Positions 38,369 through 48,978 are shown, counted from the first letter of the stretch. The stretch: DNA of 64,000 nucleotides from an uncultured Gemmatimonadales bacterium (GCA_963708135.1 OY970192.1:3136001-3200000); one strand, 5' to 3'. Program-made: numbers and translations. The notes: generated by a model not told the origin, from the sequence alone.

Positions 38369-39142
38369 CTAGCCAGGCGCCGCGGCGCTCGCGCCCTGCC
38401 GCTTCACGGGGCCCGGCTCGGCCGGCCCCACCGCCGGCTGTGCCGAGAGCAGCGCGGTCCAGGTCTGGCGACCGACACGGCCATCCACATCCAGCCCGTG
38501 GCCCCTCTGGTATGCCCGCACCGCCGCCTCGGTGCGCGGGCCGAAGGTGCCGAAGCCGGGGTCGCCCGGCGCAACGATGCCGAGCAGCCCCTGGAGCTTC
38601 TCGACCGCCGGCCCGCGGTCGCCGCGGCACACGACCGGCCAGCGCCGCGGCGGCTCGGCCCGGGGCAGCGCCTGCTTCACCGTGTCCCAGTCGATCCCGG
38701 TGGCCAGGTCCTCCGGCGTGCACACGATCTCGTAGTGCATCGGATCCTTGAGCCTGCGGTAGTTCCCGCCCCAGCCCCAGACCTGGACACCGTTGCCGGA
38801 GCGGATGCGCTGCGCGCTGCGCACCATCGCCCGCGGCATGTCCGTGACCAGCACGTTGTCCGCGCGGTACGGGTTGGTGTTCCAGTTGATGTCGATCGCG
38901 ATGCCGAAGGCGTGCAGGCTGTGCCCCGTGCCGCCGGTGATCTGCCGGCAGTTGTAGGCGCCGGTGTCACCCGCGCGCACGGCGTAGCCGTGGGCCTCGA
39001 GGACGCGGCCGAGCGCCCGAACCGCCGTGGCCGCGCTCGCGTGGCATTCCACGCTTACGCCCTGCACCAGCTCCACGGCGACCATCGTCGAGGGGTCGCA
39101 GGGCGGCGCCCAGGCCGTGCGCAGCTCCGCGGTGGTCAGCAT
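38369..39142 (-). CDS. M15 family Zn peptidase with C-terminal peptidoglycan-binding domain
   Basis: YNCR, SLHAFGIAIDIN, WGG, DPMHYE; GDRGPAVEKLQ...FGPRTEAAVRAYQ...DGRVGRQTW. Confidence 0.9.
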   Translation of the reverse strand: MLTTAELRTAWAPPCDPSTMVAVELVQGVSVECHASAATAVRALGRVLEAHGYAVRAGDTGAYNCRQITGGTGHSLHAFGIAIDINWNTNPYRADNVLVTDMPRAMVRSAQRIRSGNGVQVWGWGGNYRRLKDPMHYEIVCTPEDLATGIDWDTVKQALPRAEPPRRWPVVCRGDRGPAVEKLQGLLGIVAPGDPGFGTFGPRTEAAVRAYQRGHGLDVDGRVGRQTWTALLSAQPAVGPAEPGPVKRQGASAAAPG

Positions 39143-39667
39143 GATCACCTCCCGTGAGAATGGGGCACGCCCGCACACGCCGTGCGGTGTAGCCGCCCGA
39201 GGCCGCTCCGCATGAACACCTCCGGGTCAGAGGAGCGTGAACCCGCCATGGCAGCGCCGGCGTGAAGCCGATGCGAGCTCGGCGCGCGGCGTCGCGGGTG
39301 GATCCTGCGGACGGGGAGGCTGGTGCGTCGTGTGTCGCAACGGGCAGGGGCAGGTCGCGGCCGCAGGCTCGACGAAGATGTGCCGGGTCCGCCCGGGGTG
39401 GCAATGGAGACGTGGCACGACAACGGCTCCCGCCGGCTTGCTCGCGTTCCTGCTGGCCGACCCCATCGGCTGGCGCCTGACGGACGTGCCTGTGTCGCGG
39501 CTCATGCTCGTGGGCCTGGCGGCACGTTCGGCTGACACCAGACCCGCTCTGGTTGCGTAGGGATCGGGGCGGGAGAGAGAATGCAATGGGTTTTTCCCGG
39601 CCGCCATGCAACCACGGCGCGCTCCGTGGTACGATGAAGGCGGCGCGCCGTTCACCAGGACGCATCC

Positions 39668-40051
39668 ATGAACGCCATCGTCGAGCACACCGGCCACCGC
39701 CTGCGCCGCCACGTCCGCGAGGTGTGGGAATCGCGCGGCGGCGGCTTCTACGGCTTTGTCGCCATGCTCACGTTCCTCTACCTCGAGGGTGCGAACCTCG
39801 TGGGCGACATCGCGTCCCTGCCCGGTCTCCGGCCGAACCTCGGCGGCATCATCTCGTGGCTCGTGCAGAACTTCGTCCAGGCCATCCTGAACGTGGTCTG
39901 GGCCGCCATCTGGCCTGTCGAATGGATCAAGCTCTTCGGCGTCGGCGTCACGTCCGGCGCGCTCCTCGGCGCTTCCTACATCACTTACCGGCTCGTGCGC
40001 CCCACCGCGCTCCGGCTGCTCCGGGAACCCGAGGAGGCGCCCGGGAGCTAG
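39668..40051 (+). CDS. Hypothetical membrane protein
   Basis: 127 aa; GGGFYGFVAMLTFLYLE and hydrophobic segments. Confidence 0.75.
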   Translation: MNAIVEHTGHRLRRHVREVWESRGGGFYGFVAMLTFLYLEGANLVGDIASLPGLRPNLGGIISWLVQNFVQAILNVVWAAIWPVEWIKLFGVGVTSGALLGASYITYRLVRPTALRLLREPEEAPGS

Positions 40052-40139
40052 TGGAGGGGCTACTTCCGGGCCGCGTGCGCTCTCCTTCCTCGCCGCAGGA
40101 CCCGGGGACCGGCGCTGGAGTCCGACATTTGACGCGCCG

Positions 40140-41876
40140 TCAATGCGCGAGGATGCGGTCCAGCAGCGGGCGCATGCGCGGGTCGCCGCGGTAGGGGTCG
40201 AACACGGGATCGACGCCGAGGTCCAGCGCCGATTCGTCCTTCTGCGCCACCGCGCGCTCGAGGAACTCGAACACCTTGGCCGCTGCCCCGAGCCCGGCGT
40301 AAGCCGTGGCCACCAGGTAGGGGCTGGGCTCGGGCTGCGACTGGAGCGCCGCGAGCGCCCGCTCCGCGTCGGCCCGGCGTCCCGCCCGGGCGTAGCCGTA
40401 GGCCAGCACGGCGAGCGTGTACTGGTCCTGCGGATCCAGGGCGCGCGCCTGCTCGGCGGTCCGGATCGCCTCCTGGTGCCGGCCCGCGACCGAGAGCGTG
40501 GCCGCCAGGTTCGCGAGCGCCACCGAGCTGTTCGGCTGGAGCGCGATGGCGGCGCGGAACGCCTGCACGGCCTGCTCCGCCTGGCCGGCGTAGTTGTACA
40601 TTCCGCCGAGGTTGTTCAGCATTCCCGCCGAGACCGGGTCCAGCTCGGTGGCCCGCTTCGCCTCCGCCAGCGCCTCCGCGGTCCGGCCCATGTCCATGAG
40701 GACCCAGCCCCGCTGGCTGTGCGCCACCGCCAGCCCGGGATTCAGCTCGATGGCCCGCCGGTAGTGCGCCTCCGCCGCTCGCGGGTCCCAGTCCTGCTGC
40801 CAGGCAAGACGCCCCAGGGCGAACTGCGCGGAGGCCTGCGTGGAATCGAGCGCGAGCGCGCGCGTGGCCGCCTCACGGGCCTTCGCCACCAGCGCCTCGC
40901 GCGGACCGTAGCGCGCATACGCCTGCTGGCTGAACGCGTTCGCGAGCTCGGCCCAGGCCCGAGCGTACGTGGTGTCGCGCCGGATGGCCTGGCCCAGGAG
41001 GTCCACCGCGCGCGCGAGCGCCGCCCGGTTCCCCTGGTGGGCGAAGTAGTCACCCTTCAGCGCGAGATCGTGCGCCTGCGGGTCACTCGTCCCCTCCTTC
41101 ACCAGCCGCGCCGCCTGGCCGCCGGAGAGCTTCAGCGCGAGCGCGTTCACGATCGCGCGGCTGATCTCGTCCTGCACGGCGAAGACGTCCTTGAGCTCCC
41201 GGTCGTACGTCTCGCTCCACAGGTGGTAGCCCGTGCCGGCGCTGATCAGCTGCGCCGTGATGCGGACCCGGTCGCCCTCCTTGCGAACGCTCCCCTCGAG
41301 CACGTTGCCGACCCGCAGCGCGCGGCCGATCGAGTCGATCGAGACGCTCATCCCCCGGAACGCGAACGCCGACGTGCGCGACGCCACGCGCAGCCCCGGC
41401 AGCCTGGTGAGCGCGTCCAGCAGCTCGTCCGCGAGCCCGTCCGAGAAATACTCCTGGTCGTGCTTCGGACTCAGGTCCAGGAACGGCAGCACGGCGATCG
41501 AGCCCTGCTCCGCCGCGGCGGCCGGAGCCGCTGCCGTGGCCGTTGCGTCGCGCCCCGCCGCCGCGGCCGGCGCACCGCTGCGCCCGCGGCTCACGAACGC
41601 CACCGCCGCGCCCGCCACCACGAAGATCCCGGCCAGCATGAGCAGCTCCGGGCCGCTCACGCGCTGCGTCCCCCTCTCGCCGTGGTACCACGCCACGACG
41701 AGGACCGCGAAGAAGCCGACCCCGAGCAGCACCACCGCCGCCCGCAGCACCAGGACCGGCCAGGCGAACGGCTGCGCCAGCAGGTCCAGCACCTGGAGCA
41801 CCACCCACGCGCCCGCCAGGTAGGCCAGGGCCCACTGCGCCAGCTTGCGATCCTTGAGCACCTGCCAGGAGATCAT
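40140..41876 (-). CDS. Membrane-anchored TolB-N-like/TPR protein
   Basis: LKDRKLAQWALAY plus 3 TM segments; SIAVLPF, EYFSDGL, VLEGSVRK, WSETYDR; TPR repeats. Confidence 0.9.
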   Translation of the reverse strand: MISWQVLKDRKLAQWALAYLAGAWVVLQVLDLLAQPFAWPVLVLRAAVVLLGVGFFAVLVVAWYHGERGTQRVSGPELLMLAGIFVVAGAAVAFVSRGRSGAPAAAAGRDATATAAAPAAAAEQGSIAVLPFLDLSPKHDQEYFSDGLADELLDALTRLPGLRVASRTSAFAFRGMSVSIDSIGRALRVGNVLEGSVRKEGDRVRITAQLISAGTGYHLWSETYDRELKDVFAVQDEISRAIVNALALKLSGGQAARLVKEGTSDPQAHDLALKGDYFAHQGNRAALARAVDLLGQAIRRDTTYARAWAELANAFSQQAYARYGPREALVAKAREAATRALALDSTQASAQFALGRLAWQQDWDPRAAEAHYRRAIELNPGLAVAHSQRGWVLMDMGRTAEALAEAKRATELDPVSAGMLNNLGGMYNYAGQAEQAVQAFRAAIALQPNSSVALANLAATLSVAGRHQEAIRTAEQARALDPQDQYTLAVLAYGYARAGRRADAERALAALQSQPEPSPYLVATAYAGLGAAAKVFEFLERAVAQKDESALDLGVDPVFDPYRGDPRMRPLLDRILAH

Positions 41877-42054
41877 GGGCAGCCACGACGAGGCGAGGAT
41901 ATGGCGTGGGGGACGAGAGAATTGTAACGCATGCGGCAGGGCGGACGCCAGAGAGAGAGGCGAGCTCCGGCCGCGCCCGCGGAAGGGCGCCGAGCGCCGC
42001 CGGCGGCGCTTCGCCTGAAGTCCGCCGCCGGCTCCCGCAGCGCGAGACTCGAAC

Positions 42055-42660
42055 CTAGCGGTCCTCCACCACCAGCGCCATCCCCCGCCGGACGGTGATC
42101 GGCGCCGGCCGGTCGAGGCGACGGATCGCGCGGTAGACGGCGTCGCGGAGCGACGTCTCGCGCGGGTCGTCCACCAGCCAGAAGTCGAGCTTGTTCATCA
42201 CGTAGGCGTAGCCGAGGCGAGCGTCGGGGTCGGCGAAGCCGAACGAGCCGCCGGCGCCCGGCGCCCCCAGCGCACGCGGGCTGGAGCCGAATGGGGCGTC
42301 CGGCCCGGGCCGCAGGAAGCCGAGCGAGAAGTAGCTCGGGATGCCGAGCACCTCGTCCCGGAGACGTTTCACGTCCGGCGGCGCGGTCAGCCGGGCGAAC
42401 GTCTCCGGCGTGATCCCGATCTCGCCGCCGCCCGCGGCCAGCGCCGCGTACGCCCGCGCAATGGCGCGCGCCGTGCCCACGCCGTTGCCCGCCGGCAGCT
42501 CCACCTCGAGCCAGCGCCGGTCGCCGAAGTCGAGCCCCGCCGGGATCGACAACGACCTGCGCAGCAGCGACCATGGCCAGAGCACCCGCCGGAGCAGCTC
42601 CGGCGTGGAGTGCCCGAGCGCCAGCAGCGCGCGCCCCGGGGAGAGCGGCTCGAGCACCCC
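42055..42660 (-). pseudogene. C-terminal fragment of a serine hydrolase (beta-lactamase/EstA family)
   Basis: ELPAGNGVGTARAIARAY, FSLGF, GAGGSFGFADPD..GYAYVMN; no N-terminal SxxK region upstream. Confidence 0.75.
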
Positions 42661-42950
42661 CGGGGGCGGGTGGGCGACGAGCGCCGCGCCGCCGGCCGCG
42701 GAGATCGGCCGGCTCGGCGCGTCCGAGGACAGCAGCCGGCACCTATCGGGCCGCCCGGCTGCACACCTGGAAGTGTAGTCTCTATCGCTACTTGCAGATC
42801 CCGCCATCGTGCCTGGCTGCGCCGCGGCGGGCAATCCGCCACGCCGGCGGACCAGTGATGCGGCAAAGCGCCCCACCTCTCCTGCACCTTGCTGCACGCC
42901 CCTTGCACAAGGCCCCGGCCGTGGTTCGGCACGGGCTCGAGCGAGGAGGC

Positions 42951-43475
42951 ATGGTGGGACGGGCGAGGCATGGGTGGGCGGCGCTCCTGCTGGCCGGGAC
43001 GCTGCTCGCAGGCGGCGCGCGCGGCGAGCTGCGCGGACAGGTGCTGGCGGCGGGGCTCGGCGCCGCGACGGGGATGGCGGCGGGGGGCTACATCACGCTG
43101 AGCGTGGTCGTGGCCGGCTCGCGGACGGGGCACTACGTCGCCAACATCAGCGACGTGCTCGGATGGGGCTCCATCCCCGTGCTCGCCGGCGGCGCCACGG
43201 GCGCGGCGCTCGGCTGGTTCGACCCGCCGCGGCTGTGGGGCGTGATGGGCTACGGCGCCGCCGGCACCGTGCTCGGCGCGGCGCTGGGCGCCCTGGTCGG
43301 GCACCTGGCCTGGTCGCCGCCGGAGGGGAAGTGGGCCGGCGCGGCGATCGGCGCCGGGCTCGGCCTCATCGCCGGCAGCACGATCGGCGTGCTGTACCCG
43401 ATCGGCCACGGCGGCGGCGGACCGCTCGGCCTGTCCGGCGCGCGCGTGCCGATCGCCGTCCGGGTGCCCTTCTGA
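42951..43475 (+). CDS. Gly-rich hypothetical membrane protein
   Basis: GAGGAGG RBS; several Gly-zipper hydrophobic segments; TGATG coupling to the next gene. Confidence 0.75.
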   Translation: MVGRARHGWAALLLAGTLLAGGARGELRGQVLAAGLGAATGMAAGGYITLSVVVAGSRTGHYVANISDVLGWGSIPVLAGGATGAALGWFDPPRLWGVMGYGAAGTVLGAALGALVGHLAWSPPEGKWAGAAIGAGLGLIAGSTIGVLYPIGHGGGGPLGLSGARVPIAVRVPF

Positions 43476-44650
43476 TGCGCGCGCGGGCGGGCGCGGCCGC
43501 CGGAGCACTCGTGGCGCTCGCGGCCTCGGCGTGCGTGACGTCGCATTCCGGACTTCCGCCGTGGCAGCCGATCGAGGCGCCGTCACCGGACCGGGTCGAG
43601 GCGGTGCTCTTCCTGGCGGGGGACGCCGGGGAGTCGGTGGCGGAGAGCACACCGCTGATCGCGCGGCTGCGCCAGGAGGTCGAGAGCTGGGCCGCGCGGC
43701 TGCCGCGCGACTCGGCCGTGGTGGTGCTCTATCTCGGCGACGACGTCTACCCCGCCGGCGTGCACGCGCCGTGGGACCCGCTCTTCGCCGCGGACTCGAC
43801 GCACCTGGCCGCCCAGCTGGACGCGGTCTCGGGACCGGTCGCCCGGCGGCGGGGAGCCCGCGCGTACTTCGTCGCCGGCAACCACGACTGGGGCAACCAA
43901 CCCGGCGCGGCCGGGATCCAGCGGCTGGAGAACCTCCAGGCCATGATCGACCGCGCGCGCGCCCGCGGGATCGCCGCCTGGCTGCGCCCTGCCGCCGGCG
44001 AGGGCGGACCGGTGGCGGTCGATGTCGGCCGGCACCTGCGCCTCCTGCTCCTCGACACCGCGTGGTGGCTCTACGAAGCGGAGGAAGAGCCGAAGGGCGC
44101 GCTGCTCGCGGCCGTCGAGGGTGCGATACGCGCCGCGGGCGGGCGCTCCGTCATCCTCGCGGCGCACCACCCGTTCGCCTCCGGTGGACCGCACGGCGGG
44201 CTCATCCCCTTCTGGCAGGGCCTCGGCGTGCAGTGGCTGCTCTACAAGTCCGGCGCCCTGCTCCAGGACCTGAACTCGATCCCGTTCAAGGAGCTCCACA
44301 ACGGGCTGCTCGGCGTCTTCGCGCGCACCGGGGCGCCGCTCGCCTTCGCCGCCGGCCACGACCACTCGCTCCAGGTGCTCCGCGACACGGCCGTGAACGC
44401 GCCGCGTTGGGCGCTCGTCAGCGGCAGCGCGAGCAAGCGCACCAGGATCGGCTGGGACTCGCGCATGCGCTTCCGCCGCTCCTCGCCCGGCTTCATGCGC
44501 ATCGAGGTAAGAGGCGACGGCCGCGTCGCCCTCTTCGTCGAGGCCGCCGACAACGCCTTCGCCTCCTGCCCCGCCGGGCCCGACCTCGCGAAGTGCATGG
44601 CCGACGGGGTGGCGGCGTTCAGCACCGCGTACTCGGCGTGGCTGAAGTAG
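43475..44650 (+). CDS. Calcineurin-like metallophosphoesterase lipoprotein
   Basis: Lipobox ASAC; GDAG, LGDDVY, GNHDW, HHP, GHDH. Confidence 0.88.
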   Translation: MRARAGAAAGALVALAASACVTSHSGLPPWQPIEAPSPDRVEAVLFLAGDAGESVAESTPLIARLRQEVESWAARLPRDSAVVVLYLGDDVYPAGVHAPWDPLFAADSTHLAAQLDAVSGPVARRRGARAYFVAGNHDWGNQPGAAGIQRLENLQAMIDRARARGIAAWLRPAAGEGGPVAVDVGRHLRLLLLDTAWWLYEAEEEPKGALLAAVEGAIRAAGGRSVILAAHHPFASGGPHGGLIPFWQGLGVQWLLYKSGALLQDLNSIPFKELHNGLLGVFARTGAPLAFAAGHDHSLQVLRDTAVNAPRWALVSGSASKRTRIGWDSRMRFRRSSPGFMRIEVRGDGRVALFVEAADNAFASCPAGPDLAKCMADGVAAFSTAYSAWLK

Positions 44651-44823
44651 CCCCGCGGCCGCACCGTGCATCCGGGCGGAAATCACTCTTCACGGCGAAT
44701 CTCGGCGAGCGTATATTTCCCGTTGCATCCTCGCCGGATGCAACGATCTCCTGCTGCGCCCATCCGCACGCGCGACGCCGCGCTCCCTGCCGATTCGGGG
44801 ACGAACCTCCCGGAGGAAGGCCA

Positions 44824-46755
44824 ATGTCCGCGTTCCATGCGTCGTCGCTCCCGATACTCGGGCTCTCCCTGCTCCTCGCCGGCGGCGCGCGGCCCGCGCC
44901 GGGCGGCGCTCTCCCGCCCGTCAGTCCCAATCGCAATCTCCAGCCGGCCGGCCGCCTCCGGGGCGGGGTGCTGACCGTCGCGCTCGAGGCCCGGCGGAGT
45001 GCCTGGCAGATTAACGGGCCCGCTCGCCCGGCAATGGCGGTCGAGGCCTTCTCGGAGCCGGGCAGAGCGCCGCTCGTCCCGGGGCCGCTTCTGCGGGTCC
45101 CGCGGGGAACGGAGATCCGCGTGTCAGTGCGGAACACGCTCGAGACTCCGCTCACCTTTTTCATCCCCGCCGTCGTCCGGGGCGGCCCGGACCGGATGAC
45201 CGCCATGGACTCGGTCGTGGTCGCGCCCGGTGGCGTGGGCCGGCTGACCACGCGCGCCAGCGTGCCGGGCAATTTCGTCTACCGCGCCACGACGCCGGCC
45301 GGCGTGAACCGGCTTACGGAAGTGGCCGGACTCCTGGCCGGCGCCCTGGTGGTGGACACGGCAGCCGTCGTCGCACCGGCGCGCGACCGGGTCTTCGTGA
45401 TCATGGAGGCGCCCGATTCCGAGGCCACTGCCTACCTGGACACGGTGAAGGTCGTCAGCCCCGCGTTTCCGGTCGGGCGTGAGGTGTTCACCATAAACGG
45501 CCTCTCCTGGCCCGCGACGGAGCGGATCCACGCCACGGTCGGCGACTCGCTGCACTGGCGGGTGATCAACGCCACCAACGACGTCCACCCGATGCACCTG
45601 CACGGCTTCTACTACCGCGTCGACGCCTTCGCCGGACCCGAGGCCGACCGGCAGGGCCGGCCCGCGCCGGGACAGATGGTCGTGACGCAGCTGATGACGC
45701 CGTTCTCCGGGATGTCCATGACCTGGTCGCCCGACCGGCCCGGCAACTGGCTGTTCCACTGCCATTTCGCGCTGCACCTGCAGCCCGATTCCGTGTCCGC
45801 GGCGCCGGGCGACCCGCACCTGCGGGGCATGGTCGGGTTGGTGATCGGGACGCTCGTGGCGGAGCGGCCCGGTGCGCGCCCCACCTCGCTCGCGGCGCCG
45901 GCACGGCGGCTCCGTCTCGTCGCCGTCACCGGCCCGGCGCCGCTCGGCCGCGGCCCCGACTCCGTGCCGTCGATGCATTTCGTGCTCGAGGAGAACGGCC
46001 GCCGGACCGACACGGGGCGGGACTTCAGCCCGGAGCTCGACCTGACCCGTGGCGAGCCGGTCTCGATCACGATCCTGAACCGCCTGGCCGAGCCCACGAG
46101 CGTCCACTGGCACGGCATCGAGATCCAGGACAGCTACTATGACGGCGTGCCCGGCTTCAGCGGGGAAGGCGACCACCTGACGCCGGCGATCGCGCCGGGC
46201 GATTCCTTCGTGGCGCACTTCGCGCCGTCGCGCTCGGGCACCTTCATGTATCACGCCCACATTGATGATGTGCCGGAGCAGGCGGCCGGGCTGGAGGGCG
46301 CGCTCATCGTGCGCGACCCCGGCGCCACGCCCGCGCCCGACGATCACGTGTTCTTCCTGAAGGGCGCCGTCCGTAGCCGCGCGCATCCGCTGGAGATCGA
46401 CGGCCAGCCCGACCCCGACACGGTCGTCCTGCACGTCGGCCGCACCGCCCGGCTCCGCCTCATCAATCTCGCCACCACCAACCCCGTCCCGTGGTTCTGG
46501 CTCACGGCCCGGCCGGACAGCGCCCTCACCCTGCAGAGCGACCCCATGGTGGTCCGCTGGCTGCCCGTCGCCAAGGACGGCTTCGACCGGCCCGCGTCCG
46601 CACGGGTTCCCCGCACCGCGGGCCAGATCGTCGCCATGGGGGAGACCTACGACTTCGAGTACACGCCCCACGAGCGCGGGATGCTGCGCCTCGAGGTGCG
46701 CGCCAACGGGAGGCAGCGCCGTCTGCTCATCAGGGTGCCCATCCGGGTGGAGTAG
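44824..46755 (+). CDS. Multicopper oxidase with permuted domain order
   Basis: Signal peptide; HPMHLHG and WLFHCHFALH precede VHWHG and FMYHAH. Confidence 0.88.
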   Translation: MSAFHASSLPILGLSLLLAGGARPAPGGALPPVSPNRNLQPAGRLRGGVLTVALEARRSAWQINGPARPAMAVEAFSEPGRAPLVPGPLLRVPRGTEIRVSVRNTLETPLTFFIPAVVRGGPDRMTAMDSVVVAPGGVGRLTTRASVPGNFVYRATTPAGVNRLTEVAGLLAGALVVDTAAVVAPARDRVFVIMEAPDSEATAYLDTVKVVSPAFPVGREVFTINGLSWPATERIHATVGDSLHWRVINATNDVHPMHLHGFYYRVDAFAGPEADRQGRPAPGQMVVTQLMTPFSGMSMTWSPDRPGNWLFHCHFALHLQPDSVSAAPGDPHLRGMVGLVIGTLVAERPGARPTSLAAPARRLRLVAVTGPAPLGRGPDSVPSMHFVLEENGRRTDTGRDFSPELDLTRGEPVSITILNRLAEPTSVHWHGIEIQDSYYDGVPGFSGEGDHLTPAIAPGDSFVAHFAPSRSGTFMYHAHIDDVPEQAAGLEGALIVRDPGATPAPDDHVFFLKGAVRSRAHPLEIDGQPDPDTVVLHVGRTARLRLINLATTNPVPWFWLTARPDSALTLQSDPMVVRWLPVAKDGFDRPASARVPRTAGQIVAMGETYDFEYTPHERGMLRLEVRANGRQRRLLIRVPIRVE

Positions 46756-46821
46756 CCGGGGCGCTCCCCGCGAGGTAAAGGCCGCGCCCAACGCGGGGCG
46801 TCGCCCAGCTACGAAGCGGGC

Positions 46822-48405
46822 TCAGCGCCCCGCAGGCGACGACAGCATCCGCCGCGCGACCTGCTCCGCCAGCCCCTTCGCGTCCGCCGCCGCGTCGTTC
46901 GTCAGCACGATGACCACCGCGCGGCGACCGGGGATGCGCAGGAAGGCGTCCCGGCGGCCGCCCTCAATGCCGTAGGCGCCGAGCACGGTCATGCCGTCCA
47001 GCGTCTCGGCCGTCCAGCCCTTCGTCGCGTCCACGCCGCGCCAGGTGGCCGGGCTCTCGAGGCCGAGCTCCAGCCGGTAGAGCTCGTCCACATCCGAGCT
47101 CACCTGCCCGTCCGTGTCCGCGCTGGTCCGGTGCAGCCCGATCGGCGGCCCGATCTCGCGCGCGAGGCAGCGCCCGAGCGGCTTCATCGCCTGCCAGCGC
47201 TCCTGCGCGGCGGCCGCTCTCCGCGCCGCGGCGGCCCGGGCGGCCGCACTCGCCGCCGCGGCGCCCCCGCCCCCCGCCCCGCGCGGCGCCGCGGGCGGCG
47301 GCAGCTGGGCGCAGAGCGCGGAGAACACCGCGGACATGCGGCCGAGCGGGAACTGCGGCAGCGTCGTCGTCGGCATGAGCCGCTCCTGGTCCGGCACGCC
47401 GTACGACGCGTCCACGAACACCTCGCCGTCCATGGCGGCGAGCACCGTCGCGCCGCCGCGCGAGGCGTCGGCGTAGCCGGCGAAGAGGCTGTCCACGAAG
47501 GCCTGCGTCAGCGGCGAGTCATCGATCGCGCGGTGGGTGACGTGCCGCGTCGCCAGATCGTAGCGGTCGCCGGGGTGGAGCGTGAGGAACGGCTTGCCCG
47601 GATCGGTCGGGTCGTTGCCGCCGTAGACGAAGGCCTTGTTGCGCCCGACGATCACCGCCGTGTCGCCCCGCACCACCCACGCGGTGCCCTCGTCCTCCGA
47701 CATGCCGAGCAGCCGCGGGTAGCGCGGCATGATCGAGTCGGCCAGGTCCGGCAGCCGCTCGCGCGCCACCACGTGCTGGTCGATGCCCACCCCGCGCAGA
47801 AACGCGAAGCCCTTCTCGTAGCCCGGGTAGTCCATGATGAAGTTGTCGTTCGACGGCGCGCCGCGGACGAGGAAGTCGCCCAGGATCGTGGCGCCGGCGG
47901 ACGAGCCGCCCACTACCCCGCCCCGCGCCAGCAGATCGTGGAACGCCTGCTCCGTCTTCGTCCCCGCGTACGCATCCACCAGCCGGTACTGCCGCCCGCC
48001 CTCGAACCAGACGCCGCCGGCGCGCCCGATCGGCGCGGCGAACGAGTCCGAATCCGCCACCTTCCGATCCGTCGTGAACAGCACGTGCACGTTGCGCGCA
48101 CCGTGGGCGCGCAGCGCCCGCGCGCCTCCCGCATCCTCGCCGTAGGAGGCGCCGCCACCCGCGTTCGGCACGTCCAGGATCAGCGCGTCCCGCCCGCCCG
48201 CCGCGGCAATGAACCGCGCGTAGATCTCCGGCCCCAGCGCGCCGCCGCCGACCACGATAACGGTGCCGTGCGCCGGGCCGACCGTGGTCGTGCCGGGCGA
48301 CGCCCCGGCCTCGCCGCTGGCCTGCGCGGACACCACGGCCGGAAGGGCGAGCGCGGCGAGGAGAACGAGGAGGTAGGCGCGCGGGACGCGGGGGAGGAGC
48401 GGCAT
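46822..48405 (-). CDS. Cyanophycinase-like S51 peptidase fused to a degenerate beta-lactamase-like domain
   Basis: VIVVGGG, WFEGGRQ, GGSSAGA, IDQH, EDEGTA; C-terminal AVVIVLTN. Confidence 0.85.
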   Translation of the reverse strand: MPLLPRVPRAYLLVLLAALALPAVVSAQASGEAGASPGTTTVGPAHGTVIVVGGGALGPEIYARFIAAAGGRDALILDVPNAGGGASYGEDAGGARALRAHGARNVHVLFTTDRKVADSDSFAAPIGRAGGVWFEGGRQYRLVDAYAGTKTEQAFHDLLARGGVVGGSSAGATILGDFLVRGAPSNDNFIMDYPGYEKGFAFLRGVGIDQHVVARERLPDLADSIMPRYPRLLGMSEDEGTAWVVRGDTAVIVGRNKAFVYGGNDPTDPGKPFLTLHPGDRYDLATRHVTHRAIDDSPLTQAFVDSLFAGYADASRGGATVLAAMDGEVFVDASYGVPDQERLMPTTTLPQFPLGRMSAVFSALCAQLPPPAAPRGAGGGGAAAASAAARAAAARRAAAAQERWQAMKPLGRCLAREIGPPIGLHRTSADTDGQVSSDVDELYRLELGLESPATWRGVDATKGWTAETLDGMTVLGAYGIEGGRRDAFLRIPGRRAVVIVLTNDAAADAKGLAEQVARRMLSSPAGR

Positions 48406-48564
48406 GAGGCCTCCAGCGAAGTCTCGGATGGATGGAGCGGCGTCAGCGGGTGACGGGTCGAAGATGCGGCCGGCCCCACCGCCGCGCAACGAGCGGCGGT
48501 CGCCCGCCGGCGAAGCACCTCGGCTCGGGTCCCTCGCGCGCGGCCCGGCTCCACGAAGCAGCTC

Positions 48565-48978
48565 TCAGCCGGACGCCGAAGCTTCCCCCGGCACGAGGAA
48601 CTCGCAGCGCGGGCCGGCCGCCCGGCTCAGCCGGATGTCCAGCGTCGCGAGCTTCGCGCCCAGCTCCTCGGCGACCGCGACGTACCACGCGTCGTAGGTC
48701 GTGAGATTCGCCCGGAGCGCCCAGATCCTCTCCCCGAACGGCGCGTATGGGAGCAGGTCGAGGTCCAGGACGAGGAGGTCGGCGTAAGCGAGCGACGCCG
48801 CGTCGGCCGACACGTCGCCCGCGAGCGCCGCCCGCCGGAGGATGTTCCCGACCTCCGCGAGCATCAGGTGCGGCGCCGATGGGCGCTCGCTCGCAAGAAC
48901 CGCCTCGGCCCACACCCCATCGGCTCCGCTGTCGATGAGGGCCGCCACCACCACAGACGCATCGACAACCAGGCTCAC
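48565..48978 (-). CDS. vapC: PIN-domain toxin, VapC family
   Basis: LVVDASVVVAAL, EVGNILRR, TTYDAWYVAVAE, LATLD. Confidence 0.93.
   Translation of the reverse strand: MSLVVDASVVVAALIDSGADGVWAEAVLASERPSAPHLMLAEVGNILRRAALAGDVSADAASLAYADLLVLDLDLLPYAPFGERIWALRANLTTYDAWYVAVAEELGAKLATLDIRLSRAAGPRCEFLVPGEASASG

Noticed and set aside
38369..39142. Prophage
   Set aside because: Only an endolysin-like gene is present, with no structural, integrase or holin genes.
42885..42910. Sigma54 promoter (tgcacgccccttgca)
   Set aside because: It lacks the invariant GG at -24.
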